DNA from: Gemmatimonadota bacterium | GTDB taxonomy: Bacteria; Latescibacterota; UBA2968; UBA8231 | Assembly (NCBI GenBank): GCA_038153405.1 | Contig: JAYOYH010000023.1 | Location: forward strand, 46,996 to 65,761 | Length of the DNA stretch: 18,766 nt | Direction of reading: 5' to 3' | Shown here: positions 8,679 through 16,766 of the stretch, piece by piece | How the letters are laid out: each line of letters starts with the position of its first letter | How positions within the stretch are numbered: the first letter of the stretch is position 1 | Position numbers and translations under genes: made by a program | The notes under the pieces: model-generated | Seen by the model: the letters and a program-made list of their open reading frames with translations, nothing else | What the model was told of the DNA's origin: nothing | Database searches by the model: none

Positions 8679-11600
8679 CTATTTGAGCAACATGACCTTG
8701 CTAATCTGGCGCCAGCCCGGAGCGCGCATCTCAACCAGATAAACCCCGGAACCGACTGGACGTCCGTCGGTGTCGATGCCGCGCCATACTGCGCTGTGGT
8801 AGCCCGGGTCGATGCGTCCCGAGAGCAGCGTGTATACGGAGCGACCCAACAGATCGTATACGCGCAGCGATACCTCGGCGCGTTCCGGGACGTAAAACGG
8901 AATTGAGGTGTCCGGATTGAACGGGTTGGGATGCGCTGGGTAGAGGGCAAATGTCTCCGGCAGCGCGCTGATGCGCAGCGGTGAAGGCAGGGCCAACGCG
9001 CGCACCTGTTGTCCCGTATAGGACATAGCCGCCGTAGCGCGCACCTGGGTGCCCGTGCGGGCGATACGCGCAAACACCAGTTGGCCTAGGTCGTCGCCGT
9101 CAAATGCTCGCTGTGTGCGGCCGAGTCCCGTTGCTAAGGTCAGTTGGCCTGGTGCCGACTCGACGATCCAGGGCAGGGGCGCTTGCTCGGCACGGGCTAT
9201 ATACTGGTCAAATTGCAGCGTTTGCGGATCGAAAGACAGGGCGAGGACATAGCCGCGCGGCGGCGTATCGCCCTGCCAATAGGGCGCTAAGGTCAACTGC
9301 TCGGGCTGTGAATGAGCAATGCGCATGCGCAGGTCAGACGATGCCAGTTCAACCGTTTCGACGACTCGTTTGCCGGCGATTGAACGACCAAAATTATCGC
9401 TGAATAGGAAGAAGTCAGAGAATGTAACGGCTCCGTCTGCGTCGAGGTCGGTTAGCGGGTTGAAGTTGGGCTGGCCAAAGTTATCGCTGAATAGGAAGAA
9501 ATCGGAGAAATCGACATCGCCATCGAGGTCAAAGTCGCCGATCAGCGCGGGGCGCAGATTAATGGTGGCGCGCGGCGCGGCGGTGAGCGTATCTGCGGCG
9601 CTGACGTTCAGGCTCTTTAAAACGGCACGGCGAATGGATAGGGCCGTGGGGGCGCTGGGCGCGCCCGAGTCGACGGCAAAGATGGATATGCCCAACAGTC
9701 CGCTGCCGGTGACGCTGCCAGTGGCAATGGCAACGTTGATCGCCAGGGTCGAGTCCGATATCAGCTGTGCGGTGTGCGCTACGGTGGCTCCCTGTGCGCC
9801 CAGTATATTGGACTCGTTGGCGCCCGAAGGGGCAAACGAGACAAAGCGCAGCGCGTCCGGCACAAAGCCTAGGTGGAGGTCGTAGCTTTGCAGGGCGGCG
9901 GCCTTTTGCGCATAGAGGGCGACGTGCAGCGTGTCGCCGGCTTTTGCACTGCGTCCAACCAAGCCTTGGTCTCCCACGGCCGGGTCGAGGTCAAAGCTCA
10001 CCGTTGTTGCGACCGTGCCCGTGCCGGCAACTGGAATGGCTACGCCCGCGTTGTCGGGGTCGTTGCTGGCAAAGCGAATGGTATCGGCATTGGCGCCGCG
10101 CGCTGTGGGCACATAGCTGAGGACGAGTTCTGTGCGCTGGCCCGGGTCGATGGAAATGGCCCCAAAGGTGGCGGCGAAGCGCAGGTCGCTTACCTGCAGT
10201 GAACTGATGAGCAAAGTCGTTTCGCCGCTGTTGGCCACGCTGATGGGGGTGCGCGCCGTATCGCCGATGGCCACGTTGCCAAAGTCGGCGCGCGCGACGT
10301 CGAGCGCCAGGCGCGGTATCTGTCGGCTGTCGAGTTGCCAGGTAAAGCGGGTCGTATCGCTGGCGTCGGCCACGCGCACCGTCACCGAGTCGAACTGCGT
10401 GGCGGGCGGCGCGTAGCTGAAGGAGCTATCGCTTGCATTCGCTTGCACGACGCCGTTGACCAGCCAGGAAAAGTTCAGCGCGTCGCCCTCTTCATCGCTG
10501 GCTGAAACCGCAAAGGAAACGGTGCCTCCCGCGGGGTTAAACACCCGAGCGTCGCCTGGCGACTGCGCCTTGATCTGCGGGGCGTCGTTGACGGCCAGCA
10601 CGTTCAGAGTAAAGGACAGGCGCGCCGTCTGCCCAGAGGGATCGGTTGCGGTCGCTACGACCGGATGGCTGCCTACATCCGCTGCCGCCGGCATCCAGGT
10701 CAGCACGCCGGTGCTGTCGATGGCCATGCCGGTTGGTCCTTGTAGCAGCGCATAGGCCAGTGCTCCACCTTCCTCGTCGCTGGCCTGCATATTGAGCGCA
10801 TAGGCGCTGTCTTCGCGCGCCGAAGTGTCGGGTATAGCGGCGATTACCGGCACGTCGTCAAAGGCGCTGACTTGGACGGAAAAGCGCTGTGTTGCTACGG
10901 CATTGCTGCGGTCGGTAGCGGTGATGACAAAGCGCTGTGCGCCGACTTGACTCTGCGTTGGCGTCCAAGTCAGCACGCCGGCGCTGTCTATGACCGCGCC
11001 CGCTGGGGCTTCCGTGAGCGCATAGCTCAGCGTATCCACGACATCGGCATCGCTGGCAGATACGGCGTAGGAAAACGGTGCGTCTTCAGTCGCCGTTGTG
11101 TCGGGGGAGGAGAGAATGGTGGGCGGATCGTTCGCGTTGCTGACCACGAGCGTGTAGTTGTGCAGGCTGACGCCGCCCTTGCCATCGTCTACGCGGATGG
11201 ATACGGCGTGCCTGCCGACGAGGTTTTGCGTCGGCGTCCATTCGACGGCGCCGGAGTTCGCGTTGACGGTCAGGCCGTTCGGACCGGTGACCAATGCATA
11301 AGTTAGGGTGTCGCCGTTGGCGTCGCTGGCCCGTATGGTGTAGGCATAGGGTTGGTCTTCTAAAGCGGTCGTATCGGCCAACGAGGTGATGACGGGTATT
11401 TCGTTGAGGGGGCGCACGCGCAGGGGAAAGTAGTGGCGTCCCGAACTCGTGGGGGTTATAACGCGCACGCCGATTAGATAGGAGCCGGTATCGGCCAGCG
11501 TCGGCGTCCAGCGAATTGGCGGAGCCTGCCCAAAGGGGCTATAGGGCCCCATGGTCGCCGGCAGCGAGGAGCCGGGCACGCTGGTGATCAGGTCGATTAG

Positions 11601-13574
11601 GTCTATCGTGGCGTTGGGCGATAGGGCAGGGTTGTAGACGAAGGTCTGTCCTTCGGTCACGACGCTGTCGGGCAAGGTCGTGACCTTCACTTCCGAAAAG
11701 GAGGTGGTGTCCGGCGAGGGCGGACCGGTATTACCAGGACCGCCGAGAAAGCCCATATCGTTGGCCGATTTGTTTGCATCGAGCAAGGAGACGATGGGGG
11801 AGCCCTTGTCGATGCCGGCAGAAGAGCCGACGATCAGCTCGAAGCGGTTGATCGCCGTATCGAGGAAGGCGGGATTAGCGTAGAGATTGCCAACGGCGCT
11901 GGCTGCCGCAGAGAAGGTCGGTGTCAGCGCATTGAGCGCGTTGATGGCCGCCGTTGTATCGGGAACCAGCGTTGAGGTGATAAGGAGTCCAGTAGTTGCC
12001 GTGTCGGGAAAGGTCTGCGGCGTAAAAACGTAGATACCGTAGCGAAGCGTATCGAGATTGCCGACCGGGTTGGTGATGAGCATTTCTATACGACTGCGAC
12101 CCGTATCGGCGGCCGTGGGCGTCCAATCGATAATGCCCTGCCCGGCTAGGCTGGTCGACGCGCCGCTGGGTAGTTGGAGTGGTCTAAAAAAATAGAGAGA
12201 CTTGTTGCTGGATACTTGGATGTCAAAGCGATAGGGCTGGCCAGTGGTATGGGGTACCTCGATGGTTTGGGTTTCGCGATACATGCCGGCAAAGCGCCCG
12301 CTGGCGTCGCGGTAGGCGCGGAAGCCCGTAGTGTCGGGTAAGACATTGTGCACATCCAGGTTGTACGAGAGTGTGTCAACAGTCCCTGAAGGATCGGTGA
12401 TCTGCAGGCGAATTGGATGGCTCGTCGTGTCGTTGATCGTGGGATTCCAGATGACCAGGCGTGGGACACCGCTGACGTTATCGAGCCGAGCGCCAGTCGG
12501 AAGTTGCAGTGCTCTAAACTGGTACTGGTTTGTCTGGCCGCTTACGGAGACTAGGTACTGATGGGTCCTTCCGACCTGAATGAGCGTATCCGGATGGTTG
12601 GTTACAAAGGGGGGGATGCGCACATTGAGCTGTGCCAAGCTCAGCGTATCGCCGCGAAACGTTAGCGAGCGCACGTTCGGCGAATTGGTCATCGCACTCG
12701 GCAGTTTAATGCCGGCTTTAGCCAAGGTAAGCGTATCGCGCACGGTGCGCTGAACTTTTATGCTGTCGCGCTTGTCCGATATGTAGAGGACTTCTGTTTC
12801 CCAGAAGATATTGTGATCGATGAGCGGCGTTGCGCTGGCCGAGGCATCGCGTATGACTTCGCGCTGTGGATCGAAGAAGATATTGCTACTGATGTACGTG
12901 CGCGGGCTGGCGGTCCAGATATTGGTCGAGGGATTGCGGTAGAAGGTGTTGTTGCGAATCTCGTCGCGCACCGTGGTGTCGGTGAAGGTGTTGCGGAGTT
13001 CGAGGACGGCAAGCGTGTCGGCCTCGCTGCCGCTGTCGCGCACGAGGTTGTTGTAAAACTTCAGGTGGCCGTTTTCCGTGTAGACGACGTGTCCGCCGCT
13101 GGTCGAGCGGTTTTTAAAAAAGCGGTTGTTTGTAACGCGCAGCGAGCAGGTATTGCAGTAGGCGACGCCGCCCTTTTCCGCGACGCCGTTGTAAAAATCA
13201 ATGCCCTGAATCGTAAAGTTGCTGGTCTTGCCCGTGATGTTGAAGAAATTTGACTTCCCTTCCGCGTCGAATATCGTCAGGCCATTTGTCTTGATATAAA
13301 TGCCTGGCTGACTGATGGTTAGCGGAAACGCCACCCCGGTGCTGGGCGAGTAGGTGCCGGCGGGTAACTCGATGACGTGCGGTCGGCCTTCAGTCACCAG
13401 ATGCGCGATGCGCAGCGCGTGTTCAATGGTCTTAAAGGGCGTGCTCGGATCCTGTGCGCTTTGCACGCTGCGCCGATCGTCGCCCGTGGTGGGGTTGACG
13501 TGGAAATGCAGTGCGTGAGCAGGCGAGGCGATTGCCAATAGCGACAGGATGAGTATAGTGATGTGAAAAGGCAT
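8679..13574 (-). CDS. Large secreted/surface multidomain protein: signal peptide, DUF1565 + right-handed beta-helix, multiple He_PIG/cadherin-like Ig repeats, ASH (choice-of-anchor D) domain, cohesin-like domain, EF-hand/dockerin-like module, second cohesin-like domain, FlgD-Ig/T9SS type A-like C-terminal domain
   Basis: Signal peptide ending AHA; HVNPTTGDD...PFKTIEHAL...LPAGTY; NN/NNT/NI asparagine ladders; repeated ND(P/A)P...ED..Y...ASD..GD.L.Y.L...P.G......G...WTP; DFGNVAIG...NSG...SNDPD; twin DxDxDG-V-FSDFFLFSDNFG; PNPFNP...VYDLLGR...W.G.D..G..V.SGVY...KVMLLK. GAGGA SD. Confidence 0.9.
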   Translation of the reverse strand: MPFHITILILSLLAIASPAHALHFHVNPTTGDDRRSVQSAQDPSTPFKTIEHALRIAHLVTEGRPHVIELPAGTYSPSTGVAFPLTISQPGIYIKTNGLTIFDAEGKSNFFNITGKTSNFTIQGIDFYNGVAEKGGVAYCNTCSLRVTNNRFFKNRSTSGGHVVYTENGHLKFYNNLVRDSGSEADTLAVLELRNTFTDTTVRDEIRNNTFYRNPSTNIWTASPRTYISSNIFFDPQREVIRDASASATPLIDHNIFWETEVLYISDKRDSIKVQRTVRDTLTLAKAGIKLPSAMTNSPNVRSLTFRGDTLSLAQLNVRIPPFVTNHPDTLIQVGRTHQYLVSVSGQTNQYQFRALQLPTGARLDNVSGVPRLVIWNPTINDTTSHPIRLQITDPSGTVDTLSYNLDVHNVLPDTTGFRAYRDASGRFAGMYRETQTIEVPHTTGQPYRFDIQVSSNKSLYFFRPLQLPSGASTSLAGQGIIDWTPTAADTGRSRIEMLITNPVGNLDTLRYGIYVFTPQTFPDTATTGLLITSTLVPDTTAAINALNALTPTFSAAASAVGNLYANPAFLDTAINRFELIVGSSAGIDKGSPIVSLLDANKSANDMGFLGGPGNTGPPSPDTTSFSEVKVTTLPDSVVTEGQTFVYNPALSPNATIDLIDLITSVPGSSLPATMGPYSPFGQAPPIRWTPTLADTGSYLIGVRVITPTSSGRHYFPLRVRPLNEIPVITSLADTTALEDQPYAYTIRASDANGDTLTYALVTGPNGLTVNANSGAVEWTPTQNLVGRHAVSIRVDDGKGGVSLHNYTLVVSNANDPPTILSSPDTTATEDAPFSYAVSASDADVVDTLSYALTEAPAGAVIDSAGVLTWTPTQSQVGAQRFVITATDRSNAVATQRFSVQVSAFDDVPVIAAIPDTSAREDSAYALNMQASDEEGGALAYALLQGPTGMAIDSTGVLTWMPAAADVGSHPVVATATDPSGQTARLSFTLNVLAVNDAPQIKAQSPGDARVFNPAGGTVSFAVSASDEEGDALNFSWLVNGVVQANASDSSFSYAPPATQFDSVTVRVADASDTTRFTWQLDSRQIPRLALDVARADFGNVAIGDTARTPISVANSGETTLLISSLQVSDLRFAATFGAISIDPGQRTELVLSYVPTARGANADTIRFASNDPDNAGVAIPVAGTGTVATTVSFDLDPAVGDQGLVGRSAKAGDTLHVALYAQKAAALQSYDLHLGFVPDALRFVSFAPSGANESNILGAQGATVAHTAQLISDSTLAINVAIATGSVTGSGLLGISIFAVDSGAPSAPTALSIRRAVLKSLNVSAADTLTAAPRATINLRPALIGDFDLDGDVDFSDFFLFSDNFGQPNFNPLTDLDADGAVTFSDFFLFSDNFGRSIAGKRVVETVELASSDLRMRIAHSQPEQLTLAPYWQGDTPPRGYVLALSFDPQTLQFDQYIARAEQAPLPWIVESAPGQLTLATGLGRTQRAFDGDDLGQLVFARIARTGTQVRATAAMSYTGQQVRALALPSPLRISALPETFALYPAHPNPFNPDTSIPFYVPERAEVSLRVYDLLGRSVYTLLSGRIDPGYHSAVWRGIDTDGRPVGSGVYLVEMRAPGWRQISKVMLLK
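9388..9509. repeat. Intragenic 35-bp direct repeat encoding the twin EF-hand/dockerin-like helices
   Basis: 9388-9422 and 9475-9509 match at 32/35 nt; both encode FSDFFLFSDNFG. Confidence 0.85.
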
Positions 13575-13675
13575 AGGTGTATCCTCAACAGTCGGAACAG
13601 ACGGGAGCGAGCGGGGAGTAAAGTGGGGTTTAGACCACCTCTAATTACGTGCCAAACTATAAATAAAGCAAGCAC

Positions 13676-13939
13676 TTATGTTGTATTGGACCCGATGCGA
13701 TTGTGCAGGAAGTCGCGCACAGATGGACGCACGAAAACGCCGTCGAGCGACTGGTGCGCCAACGCATCGGCCAGCGCGTTGATGCGCTGGCGCGCCGGCA
13801 GGTCTCGGGGAATGATCAAGTGCCTCCTCCCCCCGTATTGACACAGTCCACCGGCGCTATCAAGTGCCTCATAGCGAACGTCAATGGACAGCTCTGCGGC
13901 CAGCGCTTCTAGTGCTTGCAACAGTTCTATTTCTCTCAT
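13676..13939 (-). CDS. Small hypothetical protein (87 aa) resembling the N-terminal part of ImmA/IrrE metallopeptidases, without an intact HExxH
   Basis: LEALAAELSIDVRYE...GGLCQYGGRRHLIIPRDLPARQRINALADALAH...VFVRPSVRDFL. ATG 13939 preferred over TTG 13978, which coincides with a -35-like hexamer. Confidence 0.75.
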   Translation of the reverse strand: MREIELLQALEALAAELSIDVRYEALDSAGGLCQYGGRRHLIIPRDLPARQRINALADALAHQSLDGVFVRPSVRDFLHNRIGSNTT

Positions 13940-13948
13940 GGCAACTAG

Positions 13949-13978
13949 AATGTACCGGAGAGGAGTGATTGGTGGCAA
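13949..13978 (-). promoter_or_regulatory. Putative sigma70 promoter (TTGCCA-N18-TACATT) for the 87-aa gene; near-leaderless
   Basis: The -10-like hexamer ends 9 nt before the ATG and there is no SD sequence. Confidence 0.4.
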
Positions 13979-14013
13979 GTAAATAGTTGGGAGGTTATGC
14001 TCGCATCGCTATA

Positions 14014-14041
14014 TTGACTGCTCCGCAAGTATAGCTAACAT
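14014..14041 (+). promoter_or_regulatory. Putative sigma70 promoter for surE (TTGACT-N16-TAACAT)
   Basis: -35 at 14014-14019 and -10 at 14036-14041, 11 nt upstream of TTG 14053. Confidence 0.5.
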
Positions 14042-14052
14042 GGAAAGGCAGG

Positions 14053-14877
14053 TTGCTTTTGGCCGCTGAAGCGCCATGGATTTTGTTGACCAATGACGAC
14101 GGGGTTGACTCGCCCGTTCTCGATCCGCTCATAGACCAACTGTCGACCATAGCCGAAGTGCGCACAGTGGTGCCCGACTCAGAGTGCAGTTGGACGGGCA
14201 AGGTTATGAGCCGTTTTTCTCCCGTGGCGCTGGGTCAGGTAGAGCGCGGCGAGCGGCGCATCTGGACGCTGGGCGGGTATCCGGCCGACTGCGCCAACAT
14301 CGGCGTGCACGCCCTCTTTGCGACGCCTCCGGCACTTGTTGTATCGGGAATCAATATGGGCACCAATGCCGGTCTGGCGTTTTTTCTCTCATCGGGGACC
14401 GTCGGCGCTGCCGTCGAGGGCTTTCTGGCCGGCGTGCCTGCACTGGCCTTTTCGCTCGAATTGCCCAGGGAAGACTTTGCGCTCTGGCGCCGCGAGCGGC
14501 GTTTGGAGCCGCATGCAGAAAGGCTGCTGGCCCACGCAGCGGCGGCCGCGCGCAGCATCACCGAAGAGGTTTGGCGCGGCGGTTTGCCGACGGGTGCGGC
14601 GCTGATGACAGTCAATATGCCGACTACGACGAATCGAGACACGCCGCGCCGTTTCACCGGCATTACGCGCACCGCCTACGGTTCGATCTTTGCCCTTCAC
14701 CCCGATGGCGACCGCTTTGAGTACGATTTTTCGGGTCTGCAGATTATGGGCGATGCGGGCGACGCCGTGGTGCTGCAAAACCAGGAAATGGCCCTGACTC
14801 CGGTCCGATTTGCCCTAGACGTCGAACCCACAGACGAGGACAGAGCGCGTTTTGAGCGATTGCCCTCAGCCAGCTAA
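14053..14877 (+). CDS. surE: 5'/3'-nucleotidase SurE family protein (divergent SWxGK type)
   Basis: ILLTNDDG, GYPADC, LVVSGINMGTN, SSGTVGAAVEG, VPALAFS, VNMP and C-terminal ALTPV. Start is TTG 14053 or 14059. Confidence 0.92.
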   Translation: MLLAAEAPWILLTNDDGVDSPVLDPLIDQLSTIAEVRTVVPDSECSWTGKVMSRFSPVALGQVERGERRIWTLGGYPADCANIGVHALFATPPALVVSGINMGTNAGLAFFLSSGTVGAAVEGFLAGVPALAFSLELPREDFALWRRERRLEPHAERLLAHAAAAARSITEEVWRGGLPTGAALMTVNMPTTTNRDTPRRFTGITRTAYGSIFALHPDGDRFEYDFSGLQIMGDAGDAVVLQNQEMALTPVRFALDVEPTDEDRARFERLPSAS

Positions 14878-16192
14878 GCGGCGAGTCCCCTGTAGGTCGG
14901 TTCTTGTTGGCAGCGTCCTACTTTGTGCGACGGCCGGCGTCGTCTGGGCACAAGTCGATGTGCCAGTCGATAGTTCGGCGTCTGATGGTCGGCTGCCGCA
15001 GTCGCTGAGCAGGGCGCCGGTGGTGGCCACAGAAAGCACCGTTAGCGCCGTGCGCTGGCTTTCTAAACGCCGCCAGTTCACAATTGGCGACGTGCCCTAT
15101 GGGGTGACGGGTTTGCCCTTTGCCTTTTTCAGCCCCAATACCGGCTGGAACTATGGCGCGCGCGTGCATTGGGCCGATTACCGCCGCCGCCCGTACCGCT
15201 ACAAGCTGACTTTGCACTTTCACCGTTCGACGGAGGGCAAGCTCAAAAATCGCATTCGCCTCAAGGTGCCGCGCATCTCCGGCACGGGTTTTGGCGTCCG
15301 CCTGGAAGCGCGGCTGGAGCAAAACCTGCGCACGCGCTATTACGGGCTGGGCAACAAGAGCCATTTCGACAGGGATTTAATCGACCCCGACAGCGATCGC
15401 TTTATAGACGAGAACTACTACAATTACATATTGCGCGAAGAGCCGCGCCTGCACCTTAGCTTTTTACGCCATATCTACGGTCCGGTGACGGCCTCGGTCG
15501 GCTTTGGCGTGGAGAGCACAGAAGTAGAGCGGCGCGGTCAGGCGGCTTTCTACCTCGACCAAGGCACGCCCGACGGCGTGAAAGATGGCTTCACCGGCTT
15601 TGGGAGCTTCACGCTGGAGTGGGACAGTCGCGACGACGAAGTCTTGCCCAGTAGCGGTGCCTTTCACGAGTGGTCGTACGAAAACGCGCGCAATTCGCTC
15701 ATCGGACTGTTTCTACGAGAAATCAACTTTCAGCGCTATACGTTTACCGATATGCGCTACAGGGTCTTTTCCGACCGATTTACGCTGGCCCATCGCGCCG
15801 TCTTCGAAGTCTTGACGGGGGAAATTCCGCTCTATGCGTACGGAGAGATTGGCGGCAGTCGGCGCGTAAAAGGGCTGGGTGGCAGCGATTCACTGCGCGG
15901 TTTTGATACCCAGCGCTTCACCGACAACGTGCGTTTTTTCTCCAATGGCGAAGTGCGTTATCTAGTGCATTCGATGTGGTTTTACGGTCAATTTTTGGAG
16001 TGGTACGGGGTGGGGTATATCGATGCGGGGCGCGTCTGGTCTGAACTGGCCGAGGTCGGACCGGGCGGTATGCACACGAGTGCAGGGGCCGGCATGCGGC
16101 TATCGTGGGATCGGGATTTTGTGATTCGCTGCGGCGCGGGGTATTCGTCCGAGCAGTTGGACGTATTTATCGATCTGGGCAATGCGTTTTAG
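14852..16192 (+). CDS. Omp85 (BamA/TamA-family) outer-membrane beta-barrel protein without POTRA domains
   Basis: Signal peptide ending VWA; PFAFFSPNTGWNYG; YYGLGN; WDSRDDEVLPSSG; loop-6 LGGSDSLRGFDTQRF; IDAGRVW; GAGMR; terminal beta-signal FIDLGNAF. The start is approximate and overlaps the surE end. Confidence 0.88.
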   Translation: MSDCPQPAKRRVPCRSVLVGSVLLCATAGVVWAQVDVPVDSSASDGRLPQSLSRAPVVATESTVSAVRWLSKRRQFTIGDVPYGVTGLPFAFFSPNTGWNYGARVHWADYRRRPYRYKLTLHFHRSTEGKLKNRIRLKVPRISGTGFGVRLEARLEQNLRTRYYGLGNKSHFDRDLIDPDSDRFIDENYYNYILREEPRLHLSFLRHIYGPVTASVGFGVESTEVERRGQAAFYLDQGTPDGVKDGFTGFGSFTLEWDSRDDEVLPSSGAFHEWSYENARNSLIGLFLREINFQRYTFTDMRYRVFSDRFTLAHRAVFEVLTGEIPLYAYGEIGGSRRVKGLGGSDSLRGFDTQRFTDNVRFFSNGEVRYLVHSMWFYGQFLEWYGVGYIDAGRVWSELAEVGPGGMHTSAGAGMRLSWDRDFVIRCGAGYSSEQLDVFIDLGNAF

Positions 16193-16766
16193 TTGGTCCG
16201 GGTGAAAAGCCCAGTCGGCGACGAACGCGCTGCCCTAAATAGGCATTCAGTGGTAAGAGGGCTAAGTCCTTGGGCAGGGCGCTCAGGCCAACCGCTAGCG
16301 CAGCCGAGAGTGGCGTAGGCTGGCCAAGAACGAAATTGAGAACGACGTAGAGCCAGATGATGCCGGGTATGTATACCAGCAGCAGGGCCGCCGTCGCCGC
16401 GGCTAAGAATCCGGTGTAGGCGGTGGCGCGCTGGGCGGTCAAGCCGGCGACGAGCGCCGCGGGTATAAAGCCGGCGATATAGCCAAAGCTCGGTTCGAGG
16501 ACGTAGTGTGGGCCGCCGCCTTTGGCAAAGAGGGGAAATCCGATCAGCCCTGCTCCTACATAGACCAACTGCGCCAGCGCGCCGTGCCGACCCCCCAGCC
16601 ATACGCCCGACAGGTAGACGAAGCTCATCTGCAGGGTTATGGGCACGTGTGGAATGGGAATGCGTATCCAGGCACCCACGGCGGTGAGGGCGGCCATCAG
16701 GGCCACCGCGGCCAGCGCGCGCGCGGTGAGCGCGCGCGGCGCCTCTAAGCGCGCAGCGTCGTCGAT
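16167..16766 (-). CDS. bioY: Biotin transporter BioY (S-component); start uncertain (ATC 16766 proposed; first canonical start is GTG 16706)
   Basis: ALMAALTAVGAWIRIP...VPITLQ...LGGRHGALAQLVYVGAGLIGFPLFAKGGG...PSFGYIAGF; about six hydrophobic segments. Confidence 0.9.
   Translation of the reverse strand: MDDAARLEAPRALTARALAAVALMAALTAVGAWIRIPIPHVPITLQMSFVYLSGVWLGGRHGALAQLVYVGAGLIGFPLFAKGGGPHYVLEPSFGYIAGFIPAALVAGLTAQRATAYTGFLAAATAALLLVYIPGIIWLYVVLNFVLGQPTPLSAALAVGLSALPKDLALLPLNAYLGQRVRRRLGFSPGPTKTHCPDR

Noticed and set aside
9388..9509. 35-bp direct repeats as a possible CRISPR or mobile-element repeat
   Set aside because: There are only two copies, in frame within a CDS, encoding the twin EF-hand helices, and there are no cas or transposase genes nearby.
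13640..13655. Sigma54-like -24 element (TTGGCACG) upstream of the large surface-protein gene
   Set aside because: The -12 position reads TAGA instead of TTGC, so the match is incomplete and cannot be supported without conservation data.
13995..14201. 68-aa minus-strand ORF in the divergent promoter region
   Set aside because: It is mostly antisense to the conserved surE N-terminus and overlaps its predicted promoter, with no coding signal.
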